In this document: in pieces, positions 9,240-16,915 of the stretch | Position numbering within the stretch: the stretch's first letter is position 1 | How the letters are laid out: every line of letters begins with the position of its first letter | NCBI GenBank assembly: GCA_016744705.1 | Contig: JADGDU010000014.1 | Span: forward strand, 22,820 to 86,819 | Reading direction: 5' to 3' | DNA from: Candidatus Krumholzibacteriia bacterium | GTDB lineage: Bacteria; Krumholzibacteriota; Krumholzibacteriia; LZORAL124-64-63 | DNA: 64,000 bases | Notes under the pieces: generated by a model | The model's input: the letters and a program-made list of their open reading frames with translations, nothing else | The model's database searches: none | What the model was told of the DNA's origin: nothing | Program-made: the position numbers and the translations under genes

Positions 9240-9896
9240 TTGAAGACCCGAGTTAAGATTTGTTGTATTGCCAATTTTGCTGAGGCCCAGGAGGCTATGG
9301 GGTCAGGAGCAGACGCCATTGGGCTGGTGGCAAAAATGCCCAGTGGTCCAGGCCCCATTTCTGACGAATCCATACGGGAAATAGCCAGTATCGTACCCCC
9401 AGGTGTGGACTCGTTCCTGCTAACTAGTGAAACGGAACCCAGCGCCGTTGTCAGCCATGTCACCCGGTGCAGAACTTCCGTTGTACAGCTGGTTGATTCA
9501 GTGTCGAGCTTAGTCTACCAGGCTTTGCGTGAAGCTTGCTCAGGAGTTCGAATAGTTCAAGTGCTGCATGTGGAAAATGAGAGCGCCCTCACTGAAGCCC
9601 ACAGAATTTCGAGCCTTGTGGATGCCATTCTTTTAGACTCGGGTCGTCCCAAGGCTTCGGTTCCTACTCTGGGAGGAACCGGTGATGTTCATGACTGGAG
9701 CATCAGTACCAGGATTGTCAAAGAAGTTCGGCTTCCCGTTTTTCTTGCTGGTGGTCTTAACCCAGAAAATGTAGGAGCTGCTATTTCTCAAGTGCAGCCT
9801 TACGCGGTGGATCTTTGTTCGGGAGTGAGAACCAACGGGGTGTTGGATTCTGGCCTGCTAAAGAGCTTTTGCCGTACTGTTGGCCGCCTGGGATAA
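9240..9896 (+). CDS. trpF: Phosphoribosylanthranilate isomerase (TrpF family)
   Basis: KICCIANFAEAQEA...GADAIGLV, LGGTGxxHDW, LAGGLNPENV and VDLCSGVRTNG match TrpF blocks. An in-frame TTG at 9240 gives the canonical MKTRVKIC N-terminus. The ORF track's GTG at 9165 would add a 25-aa non-homologous extension. Confidence 0.7.
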   Translation: MKTRVKICCIANFAEAQEAMGSGADAIGLVAKMPSGPGPISDESIREIASIVPPGVDSFLLTSETEPSAVVSHVTRCRTSVVQLVDSVSSLVYQALREACSGVRIVQVLHVENESALTEAHRISSLVDAILLDSGRPKASVPTLGGTGDVHDWSISTRIVKEVRLPVFLAGGLNPENVGAAISQVQPYAVDLCSGVRTNGVLDSGLLKSFCRTVGRLG

Positions 9897-9966
9897 ATTG
9901 GGCAGGGCGAAGAAAGCATGAGAAGACGATCACACAAAAATCAACAAAAGATAGGTTACGAATACC

Positions 9967-10779
9967 ATGGATGTTTTAAAATACAATCAAGAGTCCTGGG
10001 ACGGACAAGTTGAAAAAGGCAATGAATGGACTCTTCCTGTGGACGAATTGACCATTGCCGCGGCTCGCGAAGGTAACTGGCAAATTGTATTAACTCCCAC
10101 GAAGCCGGTTCCCCGCCATTGGTTCCCGTCTGATCTCAAAGGCCAATCCATTCTTTGTCTTGCTTCGGGTGGTGGGCAGCAGGCTCCAGTACTCGCAGCG
10201 GCGGGGGCAAAGGTGGTGGTCTTCGACGCCTCAGCAAAACAGCTCCAACAGGATGATTTTGTTGCCAAGAGGGAGGGACTGGAGATCGTCACAGAGTTGG
10301 GCGACATGAGGGACCTCTCACGTTTCGACGACGCCTCCTTTGATCTGATTTTCCATCCGTGCTCCAACGTTTTCATCGAGTCTGTGTTGCCGGTGTGGCA
10401 GGAGTCGGCTCGTGTTCTGCGGCCCGGTGGAGTATTGCTGTCCGGACTTACGAACCCCATTGAATACATCTTCGACCTCAAGGCTTGGAATGAGGGCAGA
10501 TTAGAGGTGAGGCATAGTATCCCCTATTCTGATGTCAAAGATTTGGCCCAGGAGGAATTGCAGGAATTAGTTCTGGATCAAGGGGAGCCCGTCTGCTTCG
10601 GGCACTCCTTACAGGACCTAATTCAAGGACAGATTGATGCTGGTTTTGTTATTGCAGGATTCTACGAGGACAAATGGAGTGAAAATCCGTTAAGTGCATT
10701 CATTGACAGTTATTTCGCCACAAAAGCCATCAATGGAACTAAGAATAAGGTAGGCAGTGAACAAAAAGTTGAACCTTAG
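9967..10779 (+). CDS. Class I SAM-dependent methyltransferase
   Basis: Motif I CLASGGGQQAPVLAAAGAKVVVFD. Post-I acidic residue and motif II FDLIF. RPGGVLL present. Confidence 0.85.
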   Translation: MDVLKYNQESWDGQVEKGNEWTLPVDELTIAAAREGNWQIVLTPTKPVPRHWFPSDLKGQSILCLASGGGQQAPVLAAAGAKVVVFDASAKQLQQDDFVAKREGLEIVTELGDMRDLSRFDDASFDLIFHPCSNVFIESVLPVWQESARVLRPGGVLLSGLTNPIEYIFDLKAWNEGRLEVRHSIPYSDVKDLAQEELQELVLDQGEPVCFGHSLQDLIQGQIDAGFVIAGFYEDKWSENPLSAFIDSYFATKAINGTKNKVGSEQKVEP

Positions 10780-10836
10780 GCTTCTATCTGTCACTGTCTT
10801 GGGTGACTGAAAAAAACTCTAAATTTACAGGGCTAT

Positions 10837-11592
10837 ATGAAAGGTTCCATGATGCGGATGCACGCGCTGATCATCGGTCTATTAGTTCTCTTGGTTTTTG
10901 GTGCCGCCTGTGAAAGCGATGAAACCACTACCTGTAATCCGGAAGTGGAAAACAACCCCTTGGTTCTCCATTCAGGACCGGGAGCAGAGGATACTGTCAC
11001 AGCTATCTGGGGCAGTCTTGAGGATGGAAGTGTGTATGCGCAGTTTGGTGATCCCCAGGGGTTTGCGGATCTGAGCACTGCCCAACTGTCCATCGAACAG
11101 GTCCGTGTGGTGAGCGTGCTTGGTCGTGACTATTTCGGTTATGACGACATGGGCGGGACCTGTAATAACACAGGTGCCGATTATGAGACAGAGCTTCCTT
11201 TTGATGTCTTAGGGATGCTCCCCAGCGAATTGGGTGGTTTTTCAAACATGGTCGTAAGCCATCATGATGGTTTCGTCGATTTTTCGAGACTGTTCTGCTT
11301 CAGTGAATGGTGCAATACAGGTTTTCTCCATGTGGAACTTTTGACAACTTCAGCGGATGAATTTGGTCCTTCGGTGGAAGGTGGTTGCACCACATCCATG
11401 GCGCTCGTTGGTGTGTACCCACCTCTTCGGGAACCAGCATCAGATATAATCATCACCAAGCTCCTGCTTGAGTTTATCAATGTGGAATTGATGATTTTTG
11501 ATTCATCAGGAAATTCGGTTTCGGCTATTTGGCCATCCCTGAAAGTTCAGTACGCACACCCCCATGAAATTGAGAGTGTTCGAAATATTTGA
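10837..11592 (+). CDS. Hypothetical lipoprotein
   Basis: Signal peptide with a lipobox (VFGAAC|ESD). Acidic and Gly-rich. No recognised domain. Confidence 0.5.
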   Translation: MKGSMMRMHALIIGLLVLLVFGAACESDETTTCNPEVENNPLVLHSGPGAEDTVTAIWGSLEDGSVYAQFGDPQGFADLSTAQLSIEQVRVVSVLGRDYFGYDDMGGTCNNTGADYETELPFDVLGMLPSELGGFSNMVVSHHDGFVDFSRLFCFSEWCNTGFLHVELLTTSADEFGPSVEGGCTTSMALVGVYPPLREPASDIIITKLLLEFINVELMIFDSSGNSVSAIWPSLKVQYAHPHEIESVRNI

Positions 11593-11641
11593 TCAACCCG
11601 TAATTTTTCAAGGGTTGGCTACAAGGAAAAGAGGAGAGAAA

Positions 11642-12220
11642 ATGTCGAAGAGTATCAAAGGCACGCAAACTGAAAAAAACCTGCTCATCGCCTTTGCTGG
11701 TGAGTCTCAGGCCCGAAACAGGTATTCCTACTACTCGGGTGCTGCCAAAAAAGAAGGACTGGTTCAGATTTCGGCAATTTTTGAAGAAACAGCCAATCAG
11801 GAAAAAGAACATGCCAAAAGGTTTTTCAAATTCCTGGAAGGTGGCGACCTGGAAATAACCGAAACGTTTCCAGCGGGAGTCATTGGAACTACATTGGATA
11901 ACCTGAAAGCCGCTGCAGCTGGTGAGGAACATGAATGGCAGGAGATGTATCCTGGATTTGCTGCCATCGCCAGAGAAGAGGGCTTTGAGAAAATTGCAGA
12001 AGCCTTTGACGCCATTTCCATTGCAGAAAAGCAACATGGGAAACGGTATAGAGATCTGGCCAAAAATCTGGAAGACGGCAAGGTCTTCAAAAGAAACGGC
12101 AAGGTTGTATGGCGTTGCAGAAATTGCGGATACCTTCATGAAGGTGAAGACGCTCCTGATCTCTGTCCAGCCTGCATTCACCCTCGGGCTCATTTCGAAT
12201 TGCTTGGGGAAAACTGGTAA
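11642..12220 (+). CDS. rbr: Rubrerythrin
   Basis: ATG at 11642 after AAAAGAGGAGAGAAA. N-terminus MSKSIKGTQTEKNLLIAFAGESQARNRY. Ferritin-like ExxH pairs. C-terminal rubredoxin-like CRNCGY...CPAC. Confidence 0.9.
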   Translation: MSKSIKGTQTEKNLLIAFAGESQARNRYSYYSGAAKKEGLVQISAIFEETANQEKEHAKRFFKFLEGGDLEITETFPAGVIGTTLDNLKAAAAGEEHEWQEMYPGFAAIAREEGFEKIAEAFDAISIAEKQHGKRYRDLAKNLEDGKVFKRNGKVVWRCRNCGYLHEGEDAPDLCPACIHPRAHFELLGENW

Positions 12221-12247
12221 ACAAGGACCATAGGAGTTTGTTGGATC

Positions 12248-12661
12248 ATGAATCCTATTTTAAGAAATATTTTGGCGGTCGTCGCCGGATTTATCGTAGG
12301 CAGTGTCGTCAATATGGGGTTGGTAAACATTGGGAGTTCCGTTGTTGCTCTTCCTGAGGGTGCTGACATCTCCACCATGGAGGGCCTGCGCGAGAGCATG
12401 AAATTGTTTGCCCCTGTAAACTTCCTGTTCCCGTTTTTGGCTCATGCTCTTGGAACGCTTGTTGGGGCTTTTGTGGCAGCCAAACTTGCGGTTAGCCACC
12501 ACCTTAGATTTGCCCTGGCCGTGGGGGTGTTTTTTCTGCTCGGTGGCATCTACATGGTCTATCTGTGCGGTGGTCCCATGTGGTTCGTCGCCTCGGATCT
12601 GCTGTTGGCCTACATCCCTATGGGGTTCCTGGGTGGCACCCTTGCAGGTGGAAAAAGGTGA
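12248..12661 (+). CDS. Hypothetical small membrane protein
   Basis: 137 aa with four hydrophobic helices and Gly-rich segments. No family recognised. Confidence 0.5.
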   Translation: MNPILRNILAVVAGFIVGSVVNMGLVNIGSSVVALPEGADISTMEGLRESMKLFAPVNFLFPFLAHALGTLVGAFVAAKLAVSHHLRFALAVGVFFLLGGIYMVYLCGGPMWFVASDLLLAYIPMGFLGGTLAGGKR

Positions 12662-12681
12662 GTTAAGGTTTTGGTTATGAA

Positions 12682-13230
12682 ATGAAAACCTATGTTGCCC
12701 TTTTCAGAGGTATCAATGTGGGCGGGAAAAACATCCTGCCCATGAACGAGCTTGTGGCCTTGTTGGAGGGTTTAGGGTTGAGCCATGTTCAAACCTATAT
12801 CCAAAGTGGAAATGCAATTTTCAGGGCCCAAACGGCAGAGCCCAATGATCTGGCCCGGATCATTGGGGATGCTGTTAACAAGAGCCACTCATTCGCGCCG
12901 AAGGTACTTGTTCTATCCTTTCAGGATTTTCATCATGCCATCGACGCCAATCCTTTCCCTGCGGGTGAAAGCCAGCCTAAATCGTTGCATCTCTTCTTTC
13001 TGAAAACTACGGCGGCAAATCCGGATGAAAAGAAGCTGGCCACTCTGTGCAAAACGAGTGAAAAGTACCAATTGGCTGGAAGGGTTTTTTACCTTTATAC
13101 CCCAGAAGGATTTGGTCCCTCAAAATTGGCGGCAAATGTAGAAAAAGCACTCGGTGTGGCCGTAACAGCCCGGAATTGGCGATCGGCAAAGGCCATTTTA
13201 TCATTGGCTGAAAAAGCAGAAGAGAAATAA
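12682..13230 (+). CDS. DUF1697 domain-containing protein
   Basis: The N-terminus MKTYVALFRGINVGGKNILPMNEL...VQTYIQSGNAIF is the DUF1697 signature. Confidence 0.8.
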   Translation: MKTYVALFRGINVGGKNILPMNELVALLEGLGLSHVQTYIQSGNAIFRAQTAEPNDLARIIGDAVNKSHSFAPKVLVLSFQDFHHAIDANPFPAGESQPKSLHLFFLKTTAANPDEKKLATLCKTSEKYQLAGRVFYLYTPEGFGPSKLAANVEKALGVAVTARNWRSAKAILSLAEKAEEK

Positions 13231-13249
13231 GGATAAGGAGAGGGAAGCC

Positions 13250-13627
13250 ATGCAGTACGATGTAGAAACCCCCGAAGAGTATATGAATTGCCTGGAGCCA
13301 GGCTGGAAGCTCGACAAGCTTGAGGAATTGAGACAGATCATCAAGGCCGGTGTCCCCTCTGTGGAAGAAGGGATCGGTTACAAGATGTTGTCCTACGCTT
13401 ACAAGGGCCAAGTGCTCTTTCACCTCAATGCCCAAAAGGCCTTTGTAGGGTTTTATGTTGGTGACGCAAAGCTACTGGACCCCAGTGGCGAATTGCTAAA
13501 AGGAATTGACAAAGGCAAGAGTTGCGTCCGTTTTAAAAAATCTACGGAAGTAGTGGAAGAAAATATCCAAAAAATCATTCAGGCTGCGGTAATAATGAGT
13601 GACAATGGAAAAGGCTCCCAGTGCTAG
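13250..13627 (+). CDS. DUF1801 (YdhG-like) domain protein
   Basis: LDKLEELRQIIKAGVPSVEEGIGYKMLSY...FVGFY resembles YdhG/DUF1801. Confidence 0.65.
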   Translation: MQYDVETPEEYMNCLEPGWKLDKLEELRQIIKAGVPSVEEGIGYKMLSYAYKGQVLFHLNAQKAFVGFYVGDAKLLDPSGELLKGIDKGKSCVRFKKSTEVVEENIQKIIQAAVIMSDNGKGSQC

Positions 13628-13668
13628 GGTTTAGAGCTGCGCATCTGGATTAAACACAAGGAGAACTC

Positions 13669-14001
13669 ATGGCAGAGAAAACAAATATCGATATTGCACA
13701 CAGCGATTCCTATTTTGACGGCGGACTCTTCCAATTGATTGGTTGGAACATTCTGGGCTGGTTTGTGACTGTCCTTACTCTGGGCATTTGCTTTCCGTGG
13801 TCGTACACCATGATCTATCGCTGGGAAGCGGAACACACGGTGATCAACGGGCGGCGGTTGAAGTTTGATGGAACAGCAGTCCAGCTCTTTGGGTTGTGGA
13901 TCAAATGGTTGCTTTTGATCATCATCACTCTTGGTATTTATAGCTTTTGGGTGAGCATCTCCCTGAAAAAATGGCGAGTCTCCCACACACGTTTGACATA
14001 A
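13669..14001 (+). CDS. DUF898 (YjgN-like) small membrane protein
   Basis: Two TM hairpins, each carrying TLGI(C/Y)xPW-type blocks (TLGICFPWSYTMIYRW and TLGIYSFWVSISL). Confidence 0.5.
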   Translation: MAEKTNIDIAHSDSYFDGGLFQLIGWNILGWFVTVLTLGICFPWSYTMIYRWEAEHTVINGRRLKFDGTAVQLFGLWIKWLLLIIITLGIYSFWVSISLKKWRVSHTRLT

Positions 14002-14036
14002 GAGACCTGGGCAAACACGAGAAGGTAAACTGACTA

Positions 14037-14618
14037 ATGAATCTGGAAAAAGAACTGCAGGAACGAAGCGAATCAAAATGTGAATTGTGCAGCGCAGCCG
14101 AAGGCCTGGGAGTGTATGAGGTGCCCCCCAGCCCAGATGGCACCAAGGAGACCAGCCTCTATCTGTGTGAGACATGCCGCTTGCAACTGACCGACTCTCA
14201 GGCTGTCGATCCCAACCACTGGCGCTGCCTGAACGATAGCATGTGGAGCCCGGTGTCTGCGGTGCAGGTTGTGGCGTGGCGCATGCTCCAAAAGCTCAGC
14301 TCTGAAGGTTGGCCCCGGGATTTGCTGGAAATGCTCTATCTGGATGATGAGGTGCGGTCCTGGGCTGAGGCCATGGGATCCGATGATTCGGCGGATCAAA
14401 CGGTCAAACATGTGGATGGAAACGGGGCGGCTTTGGAGGCTGGGGATTCCGTTACGCTGACTAAAGACCTGAATGTCAAAGGCGCCAACTTCACGGCCAA
14501 GCGAGGCACAGTGGTGCGCGGAATTTCTCTTGTCTCCGACAATGCAGAGCACATTGAAGGCAAGCTCAATGGCCAGCGCATCGTCATTCTGACCAAATTC
14601 GTAAAGAAGGCAAACTGA
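14037..14618 (+). CDS. PhnA-family protein (zinc-ribbon plus PhnA C-terminal domain)
   Basis: N-terminal CELC...CETC zinc ribbon. The C-terminal GDSVTLTKDLNVKGANFTAKRGTVVRGISLV..EHIEGKLNGQRIVILTKFVKK matches the PhnA domain. Confidence 0.7.
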   Translation: MNLEKELQERSESKCELCSAAEGLGVYEVPPSPDGTKETSLYLCETCRLQLTDSQAVDPNHWRCLNDSMWSPVSAVQVVAWRMLQKLSSEGWPRDLLEMLYLDDEVRSWAEAMGSDDSADQTVKHVDGNGAALEAGDSVTLTKDLNVKGANFTAKRGTVVRGISLVSDNAEHIEGKLNGQRIVILTKFVKKAN

Positions 14619-14956
14619 TGGCGTCAGATTTGAACAATGTGGAATTCATGGCTGACCAGATGAGTGGAGCCGGCGAGATTACCTTCAAAAGAATGTTTGG
14701 AGAATTTGGTCTCTACTGTGATGGGAAAATCATTGGTTCTGTGTGTGATAACAATCTTTTTATCAAGCAAACAGAGGCCGGCAGAGCGTTCATTGGTGAC
14801 TTTAAGGAAGCCTCACCCTACCCGGGGGCTAAGCCTCAGTTGTTGATTGAAGACAAGATTGAAGATGGGCCCTGGCTGAGCAAACTGGTCCGCCTTACAG
14901 CCGACGAGTTGCCCGAGCCAAAGCCAAAACGGAAACGCAAACCCTCAGCAAAATGA
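14618..14956 (+). CDS. TfoX/Sxy N-terminal-domain protein
   Basis: FKRMFGEFGLYCDGKIIGSVCDNNLFIK is TfoX_N-like. Lys-rich tail. The start overlaps the PhnA stop (ATGA). Confidence 0.6.
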   Translation: MASDLNNVEFMADQMSGAGEITFKRMFGEFGLYCDGKIIGSVCDNNLFIKQTEAGRAFIGDFKEASPYPGAKPQLLIEDKIEDGPWLSKLVRLTADELPEPKPKRKRKPSAK

Positions 14957-14960
14957 TCCC

Positions 14961-16322
14961 TTAAAACCTGTAGGATAAGAACGTTCGCAGTTCAATGTTC
15001 TTCAGGTGCAACTCGTCATAATCATCGAAATAAGAATCCCGCAGATAATAGGTATACTGCAATCCCAGTCCCCATTTTTTGTACAGGCGAGGGTTCAAGG
15101 TGGCCTGGGCCCAATGGACAAATTCATCGCCATCGACTCCACTGAGGGTGTGGAACCAGTATAGCCAATACCGCACAGCGAAGGATCCGTATTTCTGGTG
15201 ATCCAACATCCCGAACAGCTTTAATTTGGAGCCGGTGGTGTAATTGTATTCCCGACCGGCCGAGGTTTCAAAACCCACATTGGAGCCACCGAGGACCACC
15301 CAGTTGAGTTGGGCCCCTGTAAGAACCACCATGGGAGACTGGGTGTTGAACCGGGAGAAAATTCCGGCTCCGATGCTTTGGGCGCCAAATTGATAGACCC
15401 GTGAATCGAAGTAGTCGTAGTCTTGAGAGACGCCAATAAGGCTTCGGCTGTCTTGACCATGATCAAATTTGCGGCCATAGAGAAAACCTGTGCCGGTGAC
15501 TTCGTGAATCAGGGGGAAGTGGCCATGAACGGTGAGAGCGGCCCGCAGACTGAAATACTCAAAGGGTTCCGGGTTGGATAGATCTTCAAATGGATCGCCG
15601 TAAAGGAATTTTCCCCCCACCAGATAAGCAGGCATGCTATTGCTGAGGTCGGTTCCGTCGGCTACATGGTTGGTTCCGGCAGAGAGTTGGCCACCCAGAT
15701 AGGAGGGCATCCAGTCATCAGGATTTTGGCCGTATTTTGCGGTTTTGCCGGTGACTAAACGGTTAAATCCCCGCACGGGGTTGACGAAAAATGCGCCTAA
15801 CTCTCTAAAGGTACGTTCGGAACCGGTGGAAGAATTGTCCAGGATCATGGAAGAAAGCCGGTATGCGGTTTCACCCATGTAGGCGCCACCTAGAACCGTG
15901 GTGACCAGATCGTTGGTGGCGGGAGGTTCGGCCTCAAAGAACATTTCCCAGGCCAGGCTGCCGCACATGGTGAACGGCATGGAGCCCCAAAAGTCATATC
16001 CGTTGGTGCGAGCGGCGTTAAAGAATTGGCCGCCATGAATGGGATGGCCCCATTGGTTCATGGACCACTCATCGTGGTCCCACACAAAGCCGGTTCTCAT
16101 ATTTTGTTCGATGGTGTTGAAACCGATATAGGCCCAGTCAGTGCCCAAAATGCGGCTGGGGGCCCAAACGCCCACAGTGAGAATGCCAAGGTTAGCAGCC
16201 AGAAGAGCATTGTTTTTTGGTTCTTCAATTTTTAGCGAGTCGGGGGTATCGGTTTGTTCGGACTGTGAGATTCCAGGTATAAGAAGAGCCACGGCCAACA
16301 GGGTGTAAATTAAGATTTTCAT
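14961..16322 (-). CDS. Outer-membrane beta-barrel protein (hypothetical)
   Basis: Signal peptide. Rich in Gly, Tyr and aromatic residues. The C-terminal ...LRTFLSYRF has an alternating hydrophobic beta-signal with a terminal Phe. Confidence 0.6.
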   Translation of the reverse strand: MKILIYTLLAVALLIPGISQSEQTDTPDSLKIEEPKNNALLAANLGILTVGVWAPSRILGTDWAYIGFNTIEQNMRTGFVWDHDEWSMNQWGHPIHGGQFFNAARTNGYDFWGSMPFTMCGSLAWEMFFEAEPPATNDLVTTVLGGAYMGETAYRLSSMILDNSSTGSERTFRELGAFFVNPVRGFNRLVTGKTAKYGQNPDDWMPSYLGGQLSAGTNHVADGTDLSNSMPAYLVGGKFLYGDPFEDLSNPEPFEYFSLRAALTVHGHFPLIHEVTGTGFLYGRKFDHGQDSRSLIGVSQDYDYFDSRVYQFGAQSIGAGIFSRFNTQSPMVVLTGAQLNWVVLGGSNVGFETSAGREYNYTTGSKLKLFGMLDHQKYGSFAVRYWLYWFHTLSGVDGDEFVHWAQATLNPRLYKKWGLGLQYTYYLRDSYFDDYDELHLKNIELRTFLSYRF

Positions 16323-16834
16323 TATATCAACCCCACTCCCAGGAAGACGGAACCTTTGTTGATGTTATCCGATCCGAAGGATTCGTCTTCATAAAAATTG
16401 GTTGTGGATACACCAACGAAACATGACATGTACCGCCCTAAAACGACTTCTAGCCGGAGGCGAGCATCGAGGGTGTAGAATTTATCGGTGTTGATAATGG
16501 GGTTGTCGGTACCACTGGGTAGAACATGGCGCAGGCCCACATCAGCGGCCACAAAAAGCCAGGGTTTGAGGGGAAAGCGGCGGCCAACATTCAACCCCAG
16601 AAAAAACGAAGCTTCACGGTCTTCAAACGCACTGAGTCCACCACAGGTGAGCTCGGTGTACCAAAGGTTGTGCGAAAATTGAAACCCTGTGGTGTATTGG
16701 GTGATTCCGCTCCAGTGGGTGACCCATTGGAAATCAGTCACGAAAGACAGGGACTCTTCTTCGGCCAGGCAGGCTGGGGGAAGATAGATAGAAAGTAAGA
16801 TCACGAGCACAAGGAAGTGACGACATCTGACCAT
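16322..16834 (-). CDS. Hypothetical secreted protein, probably OM-associated, translationally coupled to the 14961-16322 OMP
   Basis: Start taken at MVRCRHFLVLVILL (a signal peptide). Its stop overlaps the downstream ATG by 1 nt (TAATG). Confidence 0.5.
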   Translation of the reverse strand: MVRCRHFLVLVILLSIYLPPACLAEEESLSFVTDFQWVTHWSGITQYTTGFQFSHNLWYTELTCGGLSAFEDREASFFLGLNVGRRFPLKPWLFVAADVGLRHVLPSGTDNPIINTDKFYTLDARLRLEVVLGRYMSCFVGVSTTNFYEDESFGSDNINKGSVFLGVGLI

Positions 16835-16915
16835 GATCAGTTTTCCCCGCAAAAAGGGTGAATACAAAGACTATAAAGCAGAGAATACGATCAGCAAGAC
16901 ACGCTGGTCAAGGCT

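Noticed and set aside
11564-11641. N-terminal extension of rubrerythrin (MKLRVFEIF...) given in the ORF track
   Set aside because: The canonical rubrerythrin N-terminus (MSKSIKGTQTEKNLL) begins at the ATG at 11642, which has a strong AAAAGAGGAGAGAAA RBS. The extension overlaps the upstream lipoprotein gene.
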